A DNA stretch of 64,000 bases from Candidatus Shapirobacteria bacterium (GTDB lineage: Bacteria > Patescibacteriota > Microgenomatia > UBA12405 > BS750m-G30): NCBI GenBank assembly GCA_043817235.1, contig JBDRHA010000011.1:107467-171466 (forward strand), in the 5' to 3' direction. Position 1 is the first letter of the stretch. Every line of letters starts with the position of its first letter. This document shows positions 28,489-37,722 of this stretch, piece after piece. A program made the translations under genes and the position numbers. Under the pieces are notes generated by a model. It was not told the origin of the DNA and did not search any database. It saw only the letters and a program-made list of their open reading frames with translations.

Positions 28489-30165
28489 TTATTGCTTTTG
28501 AAAAATTAAAACGCGGGGATGATCATAAACCGTAAAAGATTCATCTGCGCTTTGGTCATTAACCTCAAATTTCCAACTGCCAATTCTTAAGCTAGGATAA
28601 GAGGTAAATTCGGCAATTAAATTAAAACCCAGCTCTCCGGAAAATAAATCCCGGTAATATTGAGCAGTTTTGGGATAGCAACGCGCATATTTTTCACAAT
28701 CTTCCAGTCGCGGCAAAGGCGTAAATAAGCGATTACTGGCCAAAATCAGATAGTCAGCCTTTTTTAGATTGTTATTTATAAGCTCCCACTTTTTCAAGCT
28801 ATTATCCGATTCGTACAAAGGCATTTCTAGATATTGATATTTTTGCGCGCCAAACAAAGGCAGGCGATCATCCCAATGCTCCACGGCTATAACCGATCCA
28901 GGTGGGATATTTTCTTGAATCCAGTAACTGGCCTGAACCCGAGAGTGAGGACGAGAATAAATAGAGGCAAAAGCCAGCAGCCAACCTAGGTGAAAAACAA
29001 ATAAAATTCCCAAAATAATTTTTCCCCAAATATTTTTAAAAACTTCCAAAATCTTGCTTAAAAAAACTACTCCCATAAAAATAAACCAAGGATACAAAGG
29101 CAAAAAATAGCGCATGAATTTTACGGCGAATCTGCCTACAACTAAAAAATATATCAGGCCGAAAATAACTACTATTAATTCTAAAGCTTCTTGATCATAG
29201 TCCCCTTTTGTTTTTAATCTCTTGCCAAAATCAATAAAATAAAAAACTGAGCCTATTATTGTCAGAATCCCCAAGCCCAACCCCATTCCCCAAAAAAACA
29301 TGTTTTTTAAATAGTAAAAATAAGGTGTAGTGCCTACATACTGGAGTGTATATGGAAAAACATAGGCATTCTTCGTCATCTGTTCTTGAGCCAAAATCTG
29401 CTTTTTAAACTCGAAGAAGTCCAGCAGAGCATAGGGTTCAAAAAAAGCGAAAGTTAACATGGTTACCAATAAAACGAACCCTCCCCAAATTAATACTCCT
29501 TTGGCAATTCTCGTTTGAATTTTTCTTTGGGCTGTTTTCCTTAAAAACAAATCAGCGAGCAGGGCAACCCCCATACCCACCAGCAGTAAACCGGCGCTAA
29601 TTTTAGTAGCCAAACTTAAGCCAAAAGCAAAACCAATTTTTAAAGCATTTTTATAATTTGGCTCCTGGTAAAAAATCAGAAAAAAATAAACGGTCAACCA
29701 GATAAAGAAGTTTAAGGTCGTATCCACAGCATAAAAATGGCTAAGCTGCAAGGGAAAAACACAGCTAGCATAAAAAAGGGCTGACCAAAGTCCTACTTTC
29801 TTGCCCCACACTTTTTGGCCGATTTTAAAAATTACGACTATTGTTCCTAAATCAAAAAAAATGGAAATAGCTCGGCCTAAAATGGGCAGATAAGAATAAG
29901 TAACCCAAAAAGGCCCGAAAAATATACTAATCAGCCAGGAAAAAAATTTCAGTAAATATAAAGGGAGGCTTCCATACGCAAAAAAATGAGGATTAAGCTT
30001 ATCCGGAAAATGTAATTTCTCTATGACCATTACGATCATTCGCTCGTCCGGATGCAAATGAAAACCTTGATCCCAATTGAAGCCGCAAACTCTTACCAAA
30101 AACCCTAAAAGCAAAATTGCCAATAAAATATATTTTGTTCTGATTTTTGCTCTTTTAATTTTCAT
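28489..30165 (-). CDS. GT-C fold membrane glycosyltransferase (ArnT/PMT-like)
   Basis: 558 aa, more than 10 TM segments, a periplasmic-loop FHLHPDE motif, soluble C-terminal domain; tandem paralog of the next gene. Confidence 0.5.
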   Translation of the reverse strand: MKIKRAKIRTKYILLAILLLGFLVRVCGFNWDQGFHLHPDERMIVMVIEKLHFPDKLNPHFFAYGSLPLYLLKFFSWLISIFFGPFWVTYSYLPILGRAISIFFDLGTIVVIFKIGQKVWGKKVGLWSALFYASCVFPLQLSHFYAVDTTLNFFIWLTVYFFLIFYQEPNYKNALKIGFAFGLSLATKISAGLLLVGMGVALLADLFLRKTAQRKIQTRIAKGVLIWGGFVLLVTMLTFAFFEPYALLDFFEFKKQILAQEQMTKNAYVFPYTLQYVGTTPYFYYLKNMFFWGMGLGLGILTIIGSVFYFIDFGKRLKTKGDYDQEALELIVVIFGLIYFLVVGRFAVKFMRYFLPLYPWFIFMGVVFLSKILEVFKNIWGKIILGILFVFHLGWLLAFASIYSRPHSRVQASYWIQENIPPGSVIAVEHWDDRLPLFGAQKYQYLEMPLYESDNSLKKWELINNNLKKADYLILASNRLFTPLPRLEDCEKYARCYPKTAQYYRDLFSGELGFNLIAEFTSYPSLRIGSWKFEVNDQSADESFTVYDHPRVLIFQKQ

Positions 30166-31753
30166 GCTTTTGATAAAGCCTTAAAGTTGGGTGGTCAAAA
30201 ACTGTCCAGGTTTCTTCACTATTTAAATCACTCCCGACAACTAACCGCTCCCATCTAGAAAAAAGATTAAATTCTCTTATTAGGGAAAAACCGGATTTTC
30301 CGGAAAGCAGGTCTTGATAAAAGTCTTGAGTATAGGGAAGCTTTTGTTGCTGTAAGTTGGCAAATACTCGCCGCGAAGGAGAAAGAAAATAATCCGCTTT
30401 GGCTAAATAACTGGTTAATTTTTCCTGCTGACCAAAAGACTCTTCTAAGGTATAAAAATTAAAGCCTATGGTTGTAAATTTATTTTGATCTAAAGAAGGC
30501 AAGTCCACAATATTACCATTTTCAAACAAAATAACCGAGTTTGGAGCTAAATTTTGATTGATCCAATCCGTTGCTCTTAATCTGATATCAGTTGTCCAGT
30601 ATATTTTGCTAAAAATCAAGCCGGGAATAAGGCTGATAAGCACCATAAAATAAGCTAATTCTTTTTTTGTTATTCGAGTAATCCGCCAAAAGGCTAAAAT
30701 TACCCAAAAAGGCAAAACAGGAATCATAAAGCGCACCCACTTGGTATAAAGAAAAATATTAAAAAGAAAGTACGGCCACCAGCCAAGATGAAATAACCAC
30801 CATTGTTTTTTAATTTTCCTTTTAATCAGCAAAAATATATTTAAAATTAGACCCCAGATGCCCAAGATAAAAAGCGGCCATCCTAAAACCCAAGGAAATA
30901 TTCTTTGTAGTTGAAAAACCAATGGTTTAGTTAGCCAAAATTGGCGAGTATAAAAAGCCGTCAACTGGCCAGAAGCTAATTTGCTTTCATAAATCAAAAT
31001 TCTTAGCGCTTCAGGCCAATTTAGAAAATAATAAGGGCAGAAGATAAAAAAGAAAATTAACGTTAAAATTATTAGGCTCCCAATCTTAACGAGCCAGATT
31101 TCTTTCCTTTTTTCTCTTATCCAGCTCGCAATTGAAGCCAAGGCTACGGGCAAAATAAAAAAAAGAGCGGTAACTTTGCTAGCCAAACCAATTGCCAATA
31201 AAAAAGCACTGACTAAAACATATTTATTTTTAAAGCCGTTTTGAAAAATTAAAAGAGACAGATAAACTAACCCTAAACAAATAAAAGTTAAAAGCGATTC
31301 AGTTGTGCCAAAGTGAGCGGATTGAATTAATCCGGGAACAAAAGCTAAAAGAGGAATAAGGAGCCAATTCATTTTTTGCCTTTCTTTTTCAAACAATGAA
31401 TCAACGAGAAAATAAGCAAGGTAAATCGCGGCCAAGGAAAAAAGGGCGCTAAAAAATCTCAGTAAATAAACCGCTTGCACATAAGAAACGGTCCCGGAAA
31501 TTCCCCCACTAATAAAATTTAGCAGAAGACCGGAAAAATAGGCTAAGTATAAGGGAAATTGACCATAAGCAAAAAAACGCGGGTTTAGATCAAAAACTCG
31601 CATTTGAGTAATGCTTCTGGCCATATTGCCCTCATCAGGATGGAAAAAATATCCCCCTCCCCAATTAAAACCCTGAAAACGGATTAACAATACGACTAAA
31701 AACAAAAGGAGCGCCAGTGAAATTTTCTTTTTTTTCTTAAACAAATCTTTCAT
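30155..31753 (-). CDS. GT-C fold membrane glycosyltransferase (ArnT/PMT-like), paralog
   Basis: FFHPDEGNM motif, multi-TM. Start set at the internal MKDLFKKKKK (31753), because the ORF-track start at 31933 would overlap the UbiA gene by 175 nt. Confidence 0.5.
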   Translation of the reverse strand: MKDLFKKKKKISLALLLFLVVLLIRFQGFNWGGGYFFHPDEGNMARSITQMRVFDLNPRFFAYGQFPLYLAYFSGLLLNFISGGISGTVSYVQAVYLLRFFSALFSLAAIYLAYFLVDSLFEKERQKMNWLLIPLLAFVPGLIQSAHFGTTESLLTFICLGLVYLSLLIFQNGFKNKYVLVSAFLLAIGLASKVTALFFILPVALASIASWIREKRKEIWLVKIGSLIILTLIFFFIFCPYYFLNWPEALRILIYESKLASGQLTAFYTRQFWLTKPLVFQLQRIFPWVLGWPLFILGIWGLILNIFLLIKRKIKKQWWLFHLGWWPYFLFNIFLYTKWVRFMIPVLPFWVILAFWRITRITKKELAYFMVLISLIPGLIFSKIYWTTDIRLRATDWINQNLAPNSVILFENGNIVDLPSLDQNKFTTIGFNFYTLEESFGQQEKLTSYLAKADYFLSPSRRVFANLQQQKLPYTQDFYQDLLSGKSGFSLIREFNLFSRWERLVVGSDLNSEETWTVFDHPTLRLYQKHEN

Positions 31754-31758
31754 CTTTA

Positions 31759-32679
31759 TCAGATGATATACATGATGAATACGAGCATTGCCCCCCAAAG
31801 AAGTACTGTTCCAAGAAGGGTATAGTCGCCAGTAAGCGCTTTTTCTGGCTGTTCTCCATCGCGGGAAGAAAAAATTAGATAGGCATAGCGCATAAAGCCC
31901 ATTAAAACCGGAATTAAGGTAAGCATCAACCATTTCCGCCCCACCAGGCTATCCCAAGAAGGACCAAGACGGTCGGCTAAACGAGTACCAAAATCTTCCC
32001 CGGGCGCAAAATAAGTAAAAAGGGCATAAGAAATTAAAGTTGAAACAGAAAAAATAGAAACATAAAAATTAAGCAAACTCTTTTGGTACTTATCTAAAAC
32101 GGGTCGGGTTCTGTCGCCCTCAGTAACTAACTCCGACCTTCTTTTGCCGGCCGCCACAAAAAGAGAGAGAAAGATAACCGTGAAGCTAAGCCAAATTGAT
32201 AAGTGATATCCCGTCGCCACTTCTCCAGCAAAAGCCCTGATAGAAAAAGATGCAGCGATAGTCAAGATATCCCACAACACTAACTTTTTTAACAAAAAAG
32301 AATAACCAACATGCAAAAGATAAAAACTTCCCGCCATTAGGAAAACACCCATGCTTAAAAAAGAAGCTAGTCCTAGGCCCAGAAAAAGAAGTCCCAAAGA
32401 AATAATAACAGCTGAAGAAATAGGCAAATCGCCGCGGGCAACAGGGCGGTTTTTTTTAAGTGGATGAAGACGATCTAGAGGTGCATCAACTATATCGTTT
32501 AATAAATAAGAAGAGGAGGAAAGGAAGCAAAAGACCACAAAAACCCAAAAACTGACCCAAAAGAGAGAAGGGTCAAAAAGATTACCGGTAAACAAAATAG
32601 GCGCAAAAACAGCCAAATTTTTAGTCCACTGGTTAATTCTTAAAGAACGAAGAACTATCTTTATTTTCTTAACTTTCAT
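31759..32679 (-). CDS. UbiA-family prenyltransferase (decaprenyl-phosphate phosphoribosyltransferase-like)
   Basis: NDIVDAPLDRLHP (the NDxxDxxxD motif), 8-9 TM segments, 306 aa. Confidence 0.65.
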   Translation of the reverse strand: MKVKKIKIVLRSLRINQWTKNLAVFAPILFTGNLFDPSLFWVSFWVFVVFCFLSSSSYLLNDIVDAPLDRLHPLKKNRPVARGDLPISSAVIISLGLLFLGLGLASFLSMGVFLMAGSFYLLHVGYSFLLKKLVLWDILTIAASFSIRAFAGEVATGYHLSIWLSFTVIFLSLFVAAGKRRSELVTEGDRTRPVLDKYQKSLLNFYVSIFSVSTLISYALFTYFAPGEDFGTRLADRLGPSWDSLVGRKWLMLTLIPVLMGFMRYAYLIFSSRDGEQPEKALTGDYTLLGTVLLWGAMLVFIMYII

Positions 32680-32718
32680 CTATCTACCTATTTTATGAGA
32701 AAAAGAAGCAAATTTCAA

Positions 32719-34140
32719 TCAAAGAAGAAAGATGAAAAATAAGCCACTCGCTAAAACCGCAATGCCCAAGAATAGGCCAGCGTTTGCAAAAATTCCTTGC
32801 CCTGTTTGGGGAATTTGGGTGGGAGAAGAAAAAGTCGGCGAAGCCGCGGGAACACTGGGCGTAGAAGTGGGAGCTGAAGGCGTCAGGGTCGGAGTTAGGA
32901 TCGGAGTTGTAGTTGGAGCCCGAGTTGTAGTTGGAGTGGGAGTAAAAATTGGGCTGGGAGTAAGCGACACCTGACCACCGGAGGGGGTAGCTGTGAAAGC
33001 AGTATCGTTGTCTGCCGCCAAAACCGTAAAATTCCTTTTTAAAGTAATTTTCTCTCCCAAAACACTGGTAAACACGGCCGTTAAAGTATGCTCTCCGGGT
33101 TCCAAATTGCCCGGCGGGGCATAACGCCAAAAACCTTGCTCGTCAACGTCCACTTTTCCCTGATAAATAGTGTCTGATTCAATAGTAACTTCCACTTGGC
33201 CATCCAGCGGACCAGTGCCAAAAACCTCCGGCCGAAATGTGGCTACTCCCTCCCCATTTTCAGGATTAATAATAGTAAATTCTTCACCCGCCCGCTGATA
33301 GTCTTGATCTTCAAGAGAAATTCGGCCGGAAGAAGCGGTTGGTGTAGCTTGTGCTTGGCTTGCTCCGCTTAGATCACGAAAATCATCGTTACGTCCTAAA
33401 GTAATGGGCAAAACCGGTTTATTATTTCGAGTGAAATTAAGCACTTCAGACTGGCCGAAAGGCCCACCTTCGACCCTAATTTCCTCCTCAACCTCCCCTT
33501 CTTGATAATTGGCGAGGTTTGTTAGGTCGGGAGCATAGGCAAAGGCAAAAGGAACCATCCAATAGCCGGAATCCGAAGTTAAACTAGATAAAGGGGCAAC
33601 CTCGGGAATATTCAAATAAACGACTACACCACCAACAGCCTGATTCTGGAAATCTATAATTTGGCCATAAGCTAATCTATTTTCTAAAGAAGGGTCAGCT
33701 TTAAAAGGGGCAGTCCGGGTTAAAAAAGGCCTGCCTTTCTCTTTTCCATCTTGCCCATATGTCCGGCCATTACTGGTAATCATAAACTCGTATTCGGCAC
33801 TAATTTGCAGGTTATTTATTTTTATATAGTGGGTATAAAACTCCCTTTTTTCCTGATCCTGATCAAAACGAATATCGTTATAAATTGCTTTTTGGGGAGA
33901 AACTAAATCAAGTGTTACATAAGCCGCTTGGGAGGTAGTAAAAGAAACCGTAAAGGAATCTCCGCTAATATTAGTTACCTGAACTCCTTGAGGAACAGCT
34001 TGAGTACCGGCAATTGAACCCCAGATAAATTTTTGGCCAAAAAAATTAATAATCAGTAAAAGCGCCAGCAAGCTTGCTATTCCTACAAACGTCGGAAAGC
34101 GCAAGGAGCCGGCGAATCTATTCTTGATTAGCTTCTTCAT
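32719..34140 (-). CDS. secreted cell-surface protein with a Pro/Thr-rich stalk and a C-terminal IPQTG plus TM segment
   Basis: N-terminal signal/TM, beta-rich domains, PT-rich linker (PTPTTTRAPTTTP), C-terminal IPQTGQG followed by a hydrophobic helix. Confidence 0.45.
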   Translation of the reverse strand: MKKLIKNRFAGSLRFPTFVGIASLLALLLIINFFGQKFIWGSIAGTQAVPQGVQVTNISGDSFTVSFTTSQAAYVTLDLVSPQKAIYNDIRFDQDQEKREFYTHYIKINNLQISAEYEFMITSNGRTYGQDGKEKGRPFLTRTAPFKADPSLENRLAYGQIIDFQNQAVGGVVVYLNIPEVAPLSSLTSDSGYWMVPFAFAYAPDLTNLANYQEGEVEEEIRVEGGPFGQSEVLNFTRNNKPVLPITLGRNDDFRDLSGASQAQATPTASSGRISLEDQDYQRAGEEFTIINPENGEGVATFRPEVFGTGPLDGQVEVTIESDTIYQGKVDVDEQGFWRYAPPGNLEPGEHTLTAVFTSVLGEKITLKRNFTVLAADNDTAFTATPSGGQVSLTPSPIFTPTPTTTRAPTTTPILTPTLTPSAPTSTPSVPAASPTFSSPTQIPQTGQGIFANAGLFLGIAVLASGLFFIFLL

Positions 34141-34453
34141 TAATTTCTCCGCTCGGCGAACTATTTAAACTGCTAAAATAAGCTTCTATCCGGCTCATTT
34201 CAAAATATTCCTTGTTTTTAATTTCCTCTAAAACCTCCACCTGAAGCTGGGGATTTAAAGTTTTAATTAGATAAGCAGACTCCTCAATCATCTGCCGAGA
34301 AATTAAGCGATGATAGCCATCAACACTAATCCAAACAAGGCAAGCCAAAAGAATAGCTAAGGCCACTCTTTTCCCTAAAAACAAAAAACGCTGGTAACGA
34401 ATTAAAGCCTGCTTTTTTTTAAATTCGCTCGCTTGTTTTATTTCATTTTTCAT
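34118..34453 (-). CDS. hypothetical single-TM protein
   Basis: 111-aa ORF, one TM; overlaps the upstream gene, suggesting an operon. Confidence 0.3.
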   Translation of the reverse strand: MKNEIKQASEFKKKQALIRYQRFLFLGKRVALAILLACLVWISVDGYHRLISRQMIEESAYLIKTLNPQLQVEVLEEIKNKEYFEMSRIEAYFSSLNSSPSGEINEEANQE

Positions 34454-35072
34454 TTTTGGGCGAACTATTAAAAAAAAGCAGGCTTCCGTTTATTTTAGTG
34501 TTAATCAGCTCTCCCTGAGCCTCCTCATCCTGCTCCATCTGATAATTGTCGATAGTTGTTCCTCTTCTTATTTGGAAAAGAGAGGATAAAAAATTACGGC
34601 TCTGGCTGTAATTACCTTGAAGACTAAAACTGAACTCAAAACCCTCGGGTAAGTTTTTAAAATCTGCCTGAGATAGCCTAAGATTGTTTATCTTCAATCC
34701 TTCTTGCTGAGCTAAGCCAGTCAATTGCACCAGTCCCTCTGTAAGTTGGGGAAGGTAAGGGTAATATTGATCTATTAAAAATACTTCTTGTTGTACCTGG
34801 GCATAAGTTGTTTGAGCCTCAATCATCTGGTCTATTTTCTTTTTCATTTTCAAAGACAATTCCTCCTTGTTGCGAATTTCTGAAACCAGGCCGGAAATAG
34901 CCTGCACTGTCGGCCTAATGGCAAAAATAGATAGCAAAATAACTGTACTTAAAGTTAGCAGCGCCTCCAACGAGCGCCAAATTTCTTCCTGATAACGATA
35001 CTTCTCGTAAGTTCTGCTTACCTGGATCAGCAAACTCTTGCTGCCTTTAGTTAATTTATTTTCCTTTTTCAT
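34443..35072 (-). CDS. PilO-like inner-membrane pilus assembly protein (tentative)
   Basis: N-terminal TM, coiled coil, ~200 aa; translationally coupled to the PilN-like gene. Confidence 0.35.
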   Translation of the reverse strand: MKKENKLTKGSKSLLIQVSRTYEKYRYQEEIWRSLEALLTLSTVILLSIFAIRPTVQAISGLVSEIRNKEELSLKMKKKIDQMIEAQTTYAQVQQEVFLIDQYYPYLPQLTEGLVQLTGLAQQEGLKINNLRLSQADFKNLPEGFEFSFSLQGNYSQSRNFLSSLFQIRRGTTIDNYQMEQDEEAQGELINTKINGSLLFFNSSPKNEK

Positions 35073-35619
35073 CTTTTTTAAAATTAACCATCAACCCAAT
35101 TTCAATTCCGGTGGCAATTTTCTCTTTTTTAATTGATCCTACTTGAACTGACTCTATCTCTTCTTCTTTCAAAAGCTGATTAATAAAATAAGACAAGCCT
35201 TGTTCTGAGTAAACACCGATACTCAAGTTAGCGCTTGCTCCCTTCTCTTTGTTGGTAAAAGAAATATTGTGAAGAATTACCCCATCCGGTAAAGAACGAG
35301 CAACTGTAGTAAGCGGAAATACCAGGTCTTGTTCGCCATTTACTAGGTTTGCCGCTTGACTCAATCTTGTTTGAAACCGACGAAATTCCTCCTCAAACTC
35401 TAACGTGCTTTCTAAAATAGCCCTTTTTTGCCTTAAATCATCGGAAAGGTCAGAATTTTTCCTATCCAGCCAAAAACGAGAAAAAAAGGCGGCAACAACT
35501 ACCAGCTCTACTAAAACCAAAATAGCCCGTCCCCAAGTAGTAAGCCAATTTACAATTCGTCCTTGAGGAGTTAAGTCAAAAGGAGCGGCCGAGAGCAGGG
35601 AAATCTGTTTTTTAGCCAT
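35056..35619 (-). CDS. PilN-like inner-membrane pilus assembly protein (tentative)
   Basis: Short cytoplasmic N-terminus, TM, coiled coil (RQKRAILESTLEFEEEFRRFQ), 187 aa. Confidence 0.35.
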   Translation of the reverse strand: MAKKQISLLSAAPFDLTPQGRIVNWLTTWGRAILVLVELVVVAAFFSRFWLDRKNSDLSDDLRQKRAILESTLEFEEEFRRFQTRLSQAANLVNGEQDLVFPLTTVARSLPDGVILHNISFTNKEKGASANLSIGVYSEQGLSYFINQLLKEEEIESVQVGSIKKEKIATGIEIGLMVNFKKDEKGK

Positions 35620-35655
35620 TTACTAATTTCAGTATAATTAATCAAGCTCAGAGAG

Positions 35656-37341
35656 TCAAAGTTCTTTTGTAAGTGAGGCAGAAATAAGCTCCTTTGGCTT
35701 TTCAAGTTGTTCCTGACTAAGCTGAAAAATAGAGGGAAGGTGGCCCATTTTTTTTATTAAACTCAAAAGTATTTTTGCCTCTCTAACATCCAATTTAAAC
35801 GACAGCCAAAGATAGCTCAAGCTCCCTCCTAAAAGCGAAAGCGCAGTCAAAAGCAAAAGCCCCCAAACCCGAGTTGTATTAAAATACATGTCTCCAAAGC
35901 GCATCAAAAACCAAAAAACCGGAGCAGAAATTAAACTAATAATTAATATTTTTAAAGTAAAACCTCCCAAGCGCTGCCAAGAGAATCCAGATAACTTTCT
36001 GGAAATAGCAAAAAGCAAGACCCCGAAACGAACAATAGCGGCCAAGGAGATGGCCATAACCAAAGCCGCAATGCCCCAGCCAAAAACATAAATACCGAAT
36101 AAGCTAACCAGTAAGGTAACAGCCAAAGACAACAAGGAAATATACAGTGGCCGGCGCGTATCCTGGAGAGAATAATAACCCCGAGTAACAATTTGTGAAC
36201 CTGACTGGGCAATCACAGCCGGAGATAAAATAGCTAGCACTCGCCCTGTTTGCAGCGTCGCCTCCCAAGGAAAACCTTTTGCCCCAAAAGCCAGGCGAAC
36301 CAAGGGGATACGCAAGACCAGGAGGACAATGGCCGCCCAAACACTTAAATATAAAGACTGGAGCAAGGAATCCATAAACACCTTATTGAATTCTTCGCTC
36401 TTTTGGGAAGCATTTAAAGAAGATAAAGAAGGCAGAGCTGCCTGACCAATAGTTGCGCCAAATATTCGAGAAAAAAGCTGGCTTAGATGTTCAGCCAAAT
36501 AAAGCAGAGAAAGGGAGCCAGCGGCAAAACCGGTGGCGAAAAACAAAATAACTGTAGACTCAATTTGAGACAAGCCCAAGGTCAAGCTACGGGGCAGCAT
36601 TAACCTTAAAATTCGTTTAAATTCAGGAAAATGGAAAGAAAAATTGGGTTTTAGCCGAAAGCCCAATTGCCTAGTCAGCGGGTACTGAATCAGGAAATGG
36701 CCAGCCGCGCCAAACAAAACGCCAATAGCCGGACCATAAATCCCCAGCCACCCGGAAAGCAAAAGCACCCCCAAAATAATTCCTAGATTATAAATCAAAG
36801 GCGAAAGCGCCGGAATAATAAAGCGTCTATGAGCCTGTAAAATTCCTGTAGTTAAATTAGAAAAAAGAAAAAAAGCCTGAGCGAAGATCATTATTCGGGT
36901 TAAGTCAGCCATCACCATCAACTGCTGATAATTAAAGCCGGCTGTAATTAAAGAGGAAAGGAAAGGGGCAAAAATAAAAATGATCAGGGCCAAAGGAATA
37001 AAGGCTAAAAATAAAAAGGTTCCCAAAGAACGGGCAATTAAAAAGGCTTCACTCTCATCTTCTAGAAGTTTTTGAGAAAAGATAGGAATAAAAGCAGCTG
37101 ACAATGCCCCAATTACCAACAGCTGGAAAACCAAGTCAGGAAGGCGAAAAGCTGCGTTGTAGGCGTCTAAATCAGAAGCGCAGCAAGCATAAAAGCGAGC
37201 ATAGAGGAGCCGGTCACGTAAAATTCCCAAAAGAGCGGACAGACCAAAAGCAATTGCCAGAATTAGAGCGGCCGAAAAAATATTGCTTTGGCGTCGGGAA
37301 AGTAAATTACGACCATTAGCCAGTAGGTTCTTCAATCCCAT
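35656..37341 (-). CDS. murJ: lipid II flippase MurJ (MviN)
   Basis: LLSRRQSNIFSAALILAIAFGLSALLGILRDRLLYARF...DAYNAAFRLPDL...FIPIFS N-terminal signature; 561 aa, ~14 TM. Confidence 0.75.
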   Translation of the reverse strand: MGLKNLLANGRNLLSRRQSNIFSAALILAIAFGLSALLGILRDRLLYARFYACCASDLDAYNAAFRLPDLVFQLLVIGALSAAFIPIFSQKLLEDESEAFLIARSLGTFLFLAFIPLALIIFIFAPFLSSLITAGFNYQQLMVMADLTRIMIFAQAFFLFSNLTTGILQAHRRFIIPALSPLIYNLGIILGVLLLSGWLGIYGPAIGVLFGAAGHFLIQYPLTRQLGFRLKPNFSFHFPEFKRILRLMLPRSLTLGLSQIESTVILFFATGFAAGSLSLLYLAEHLSQLFSRIFGATIGQAALPSLSSLNASQKSEEFNKVFMDSLLQSLYLSVWAAIVLLVLRIPLVRLAFGAKGFPWEATLQTGRVLAILSPAVIAQSGSQIVTRGYYSLQDTRRPLYISLLSLAVTLLVSLFGIYVFGWGIAALVMAISLAAIVRFGVLLFAISRKLSGFSWQRLGGFTLKILIISLISAPVFWFLMRFGDMYFNTTRVWGLLLLTALSLLGGSLSYLWLSFKLDVREAKILLSLIKKMGHLPSIFQLSQEQLEKPKELISASLTKEL

Positions 37342-37418
37342 GCAAAACTATATCACAAGCTAGTACTGACCAACAATAATAATTTGCCCTCTTGCCATTT
37401 TGCTGATAAAATAGCTCC

Positions 37419-37697
37419 ATGCCAATTACCGAATCAGCAAAAAAGTTTTTGCGCCAGTCTAAAAAAAAGGCGAAGATAAACAAACTGCGCCGGGAAAAAG
37501 TAAAAAAGGCGATCAAAGAACTAGAAAAAAAACCAATTCCAGCTAACCTAAAAAAAGCCTTTTCTGAAATTGATAAAGCCGTGAAAAAAAAGATTGTTCA
37601 TCAAAATAAGGCTAGTAGATGGAAAAGCCGACTTTCAAAGCTGGTAAAGGAAAAAACTCCTCGTGCTAAAATGGAGAAGAAAAAGAGCAAAAAATAA
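37419..37697 (+). CDS. rpsT: 30S ribosomal protein S20
   Basis: SAKKFLRQSKKKAKINKLRR...IVHQNKASRWKSRLSKLV matches the S20 pattern; extended -10 TGATAAAAT upstream. Confidence 0.75.
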   Translation: MPITESAKKFLRQSKKKAKINKLRREKVKKAIKELEKKPIPANLKKAFSEIDKAVKKKIVHQNKASRWKSRLSKLVKEKTPRAKMEKKKSKK

Positions 37698-37722
37698 TTT
37701 TGCTTTTATTTCTGACTAGCGG

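Noticed and set aside
32693-33130. ORFs 32693-33130 (-) and 32732-32974 (+) overlapping the 3' end of the surface-protein gene
   Set aside because: Alternative frames of the Pro/Thr-rich linker region; the 473-aa frame has the signal peptide and domain structure.
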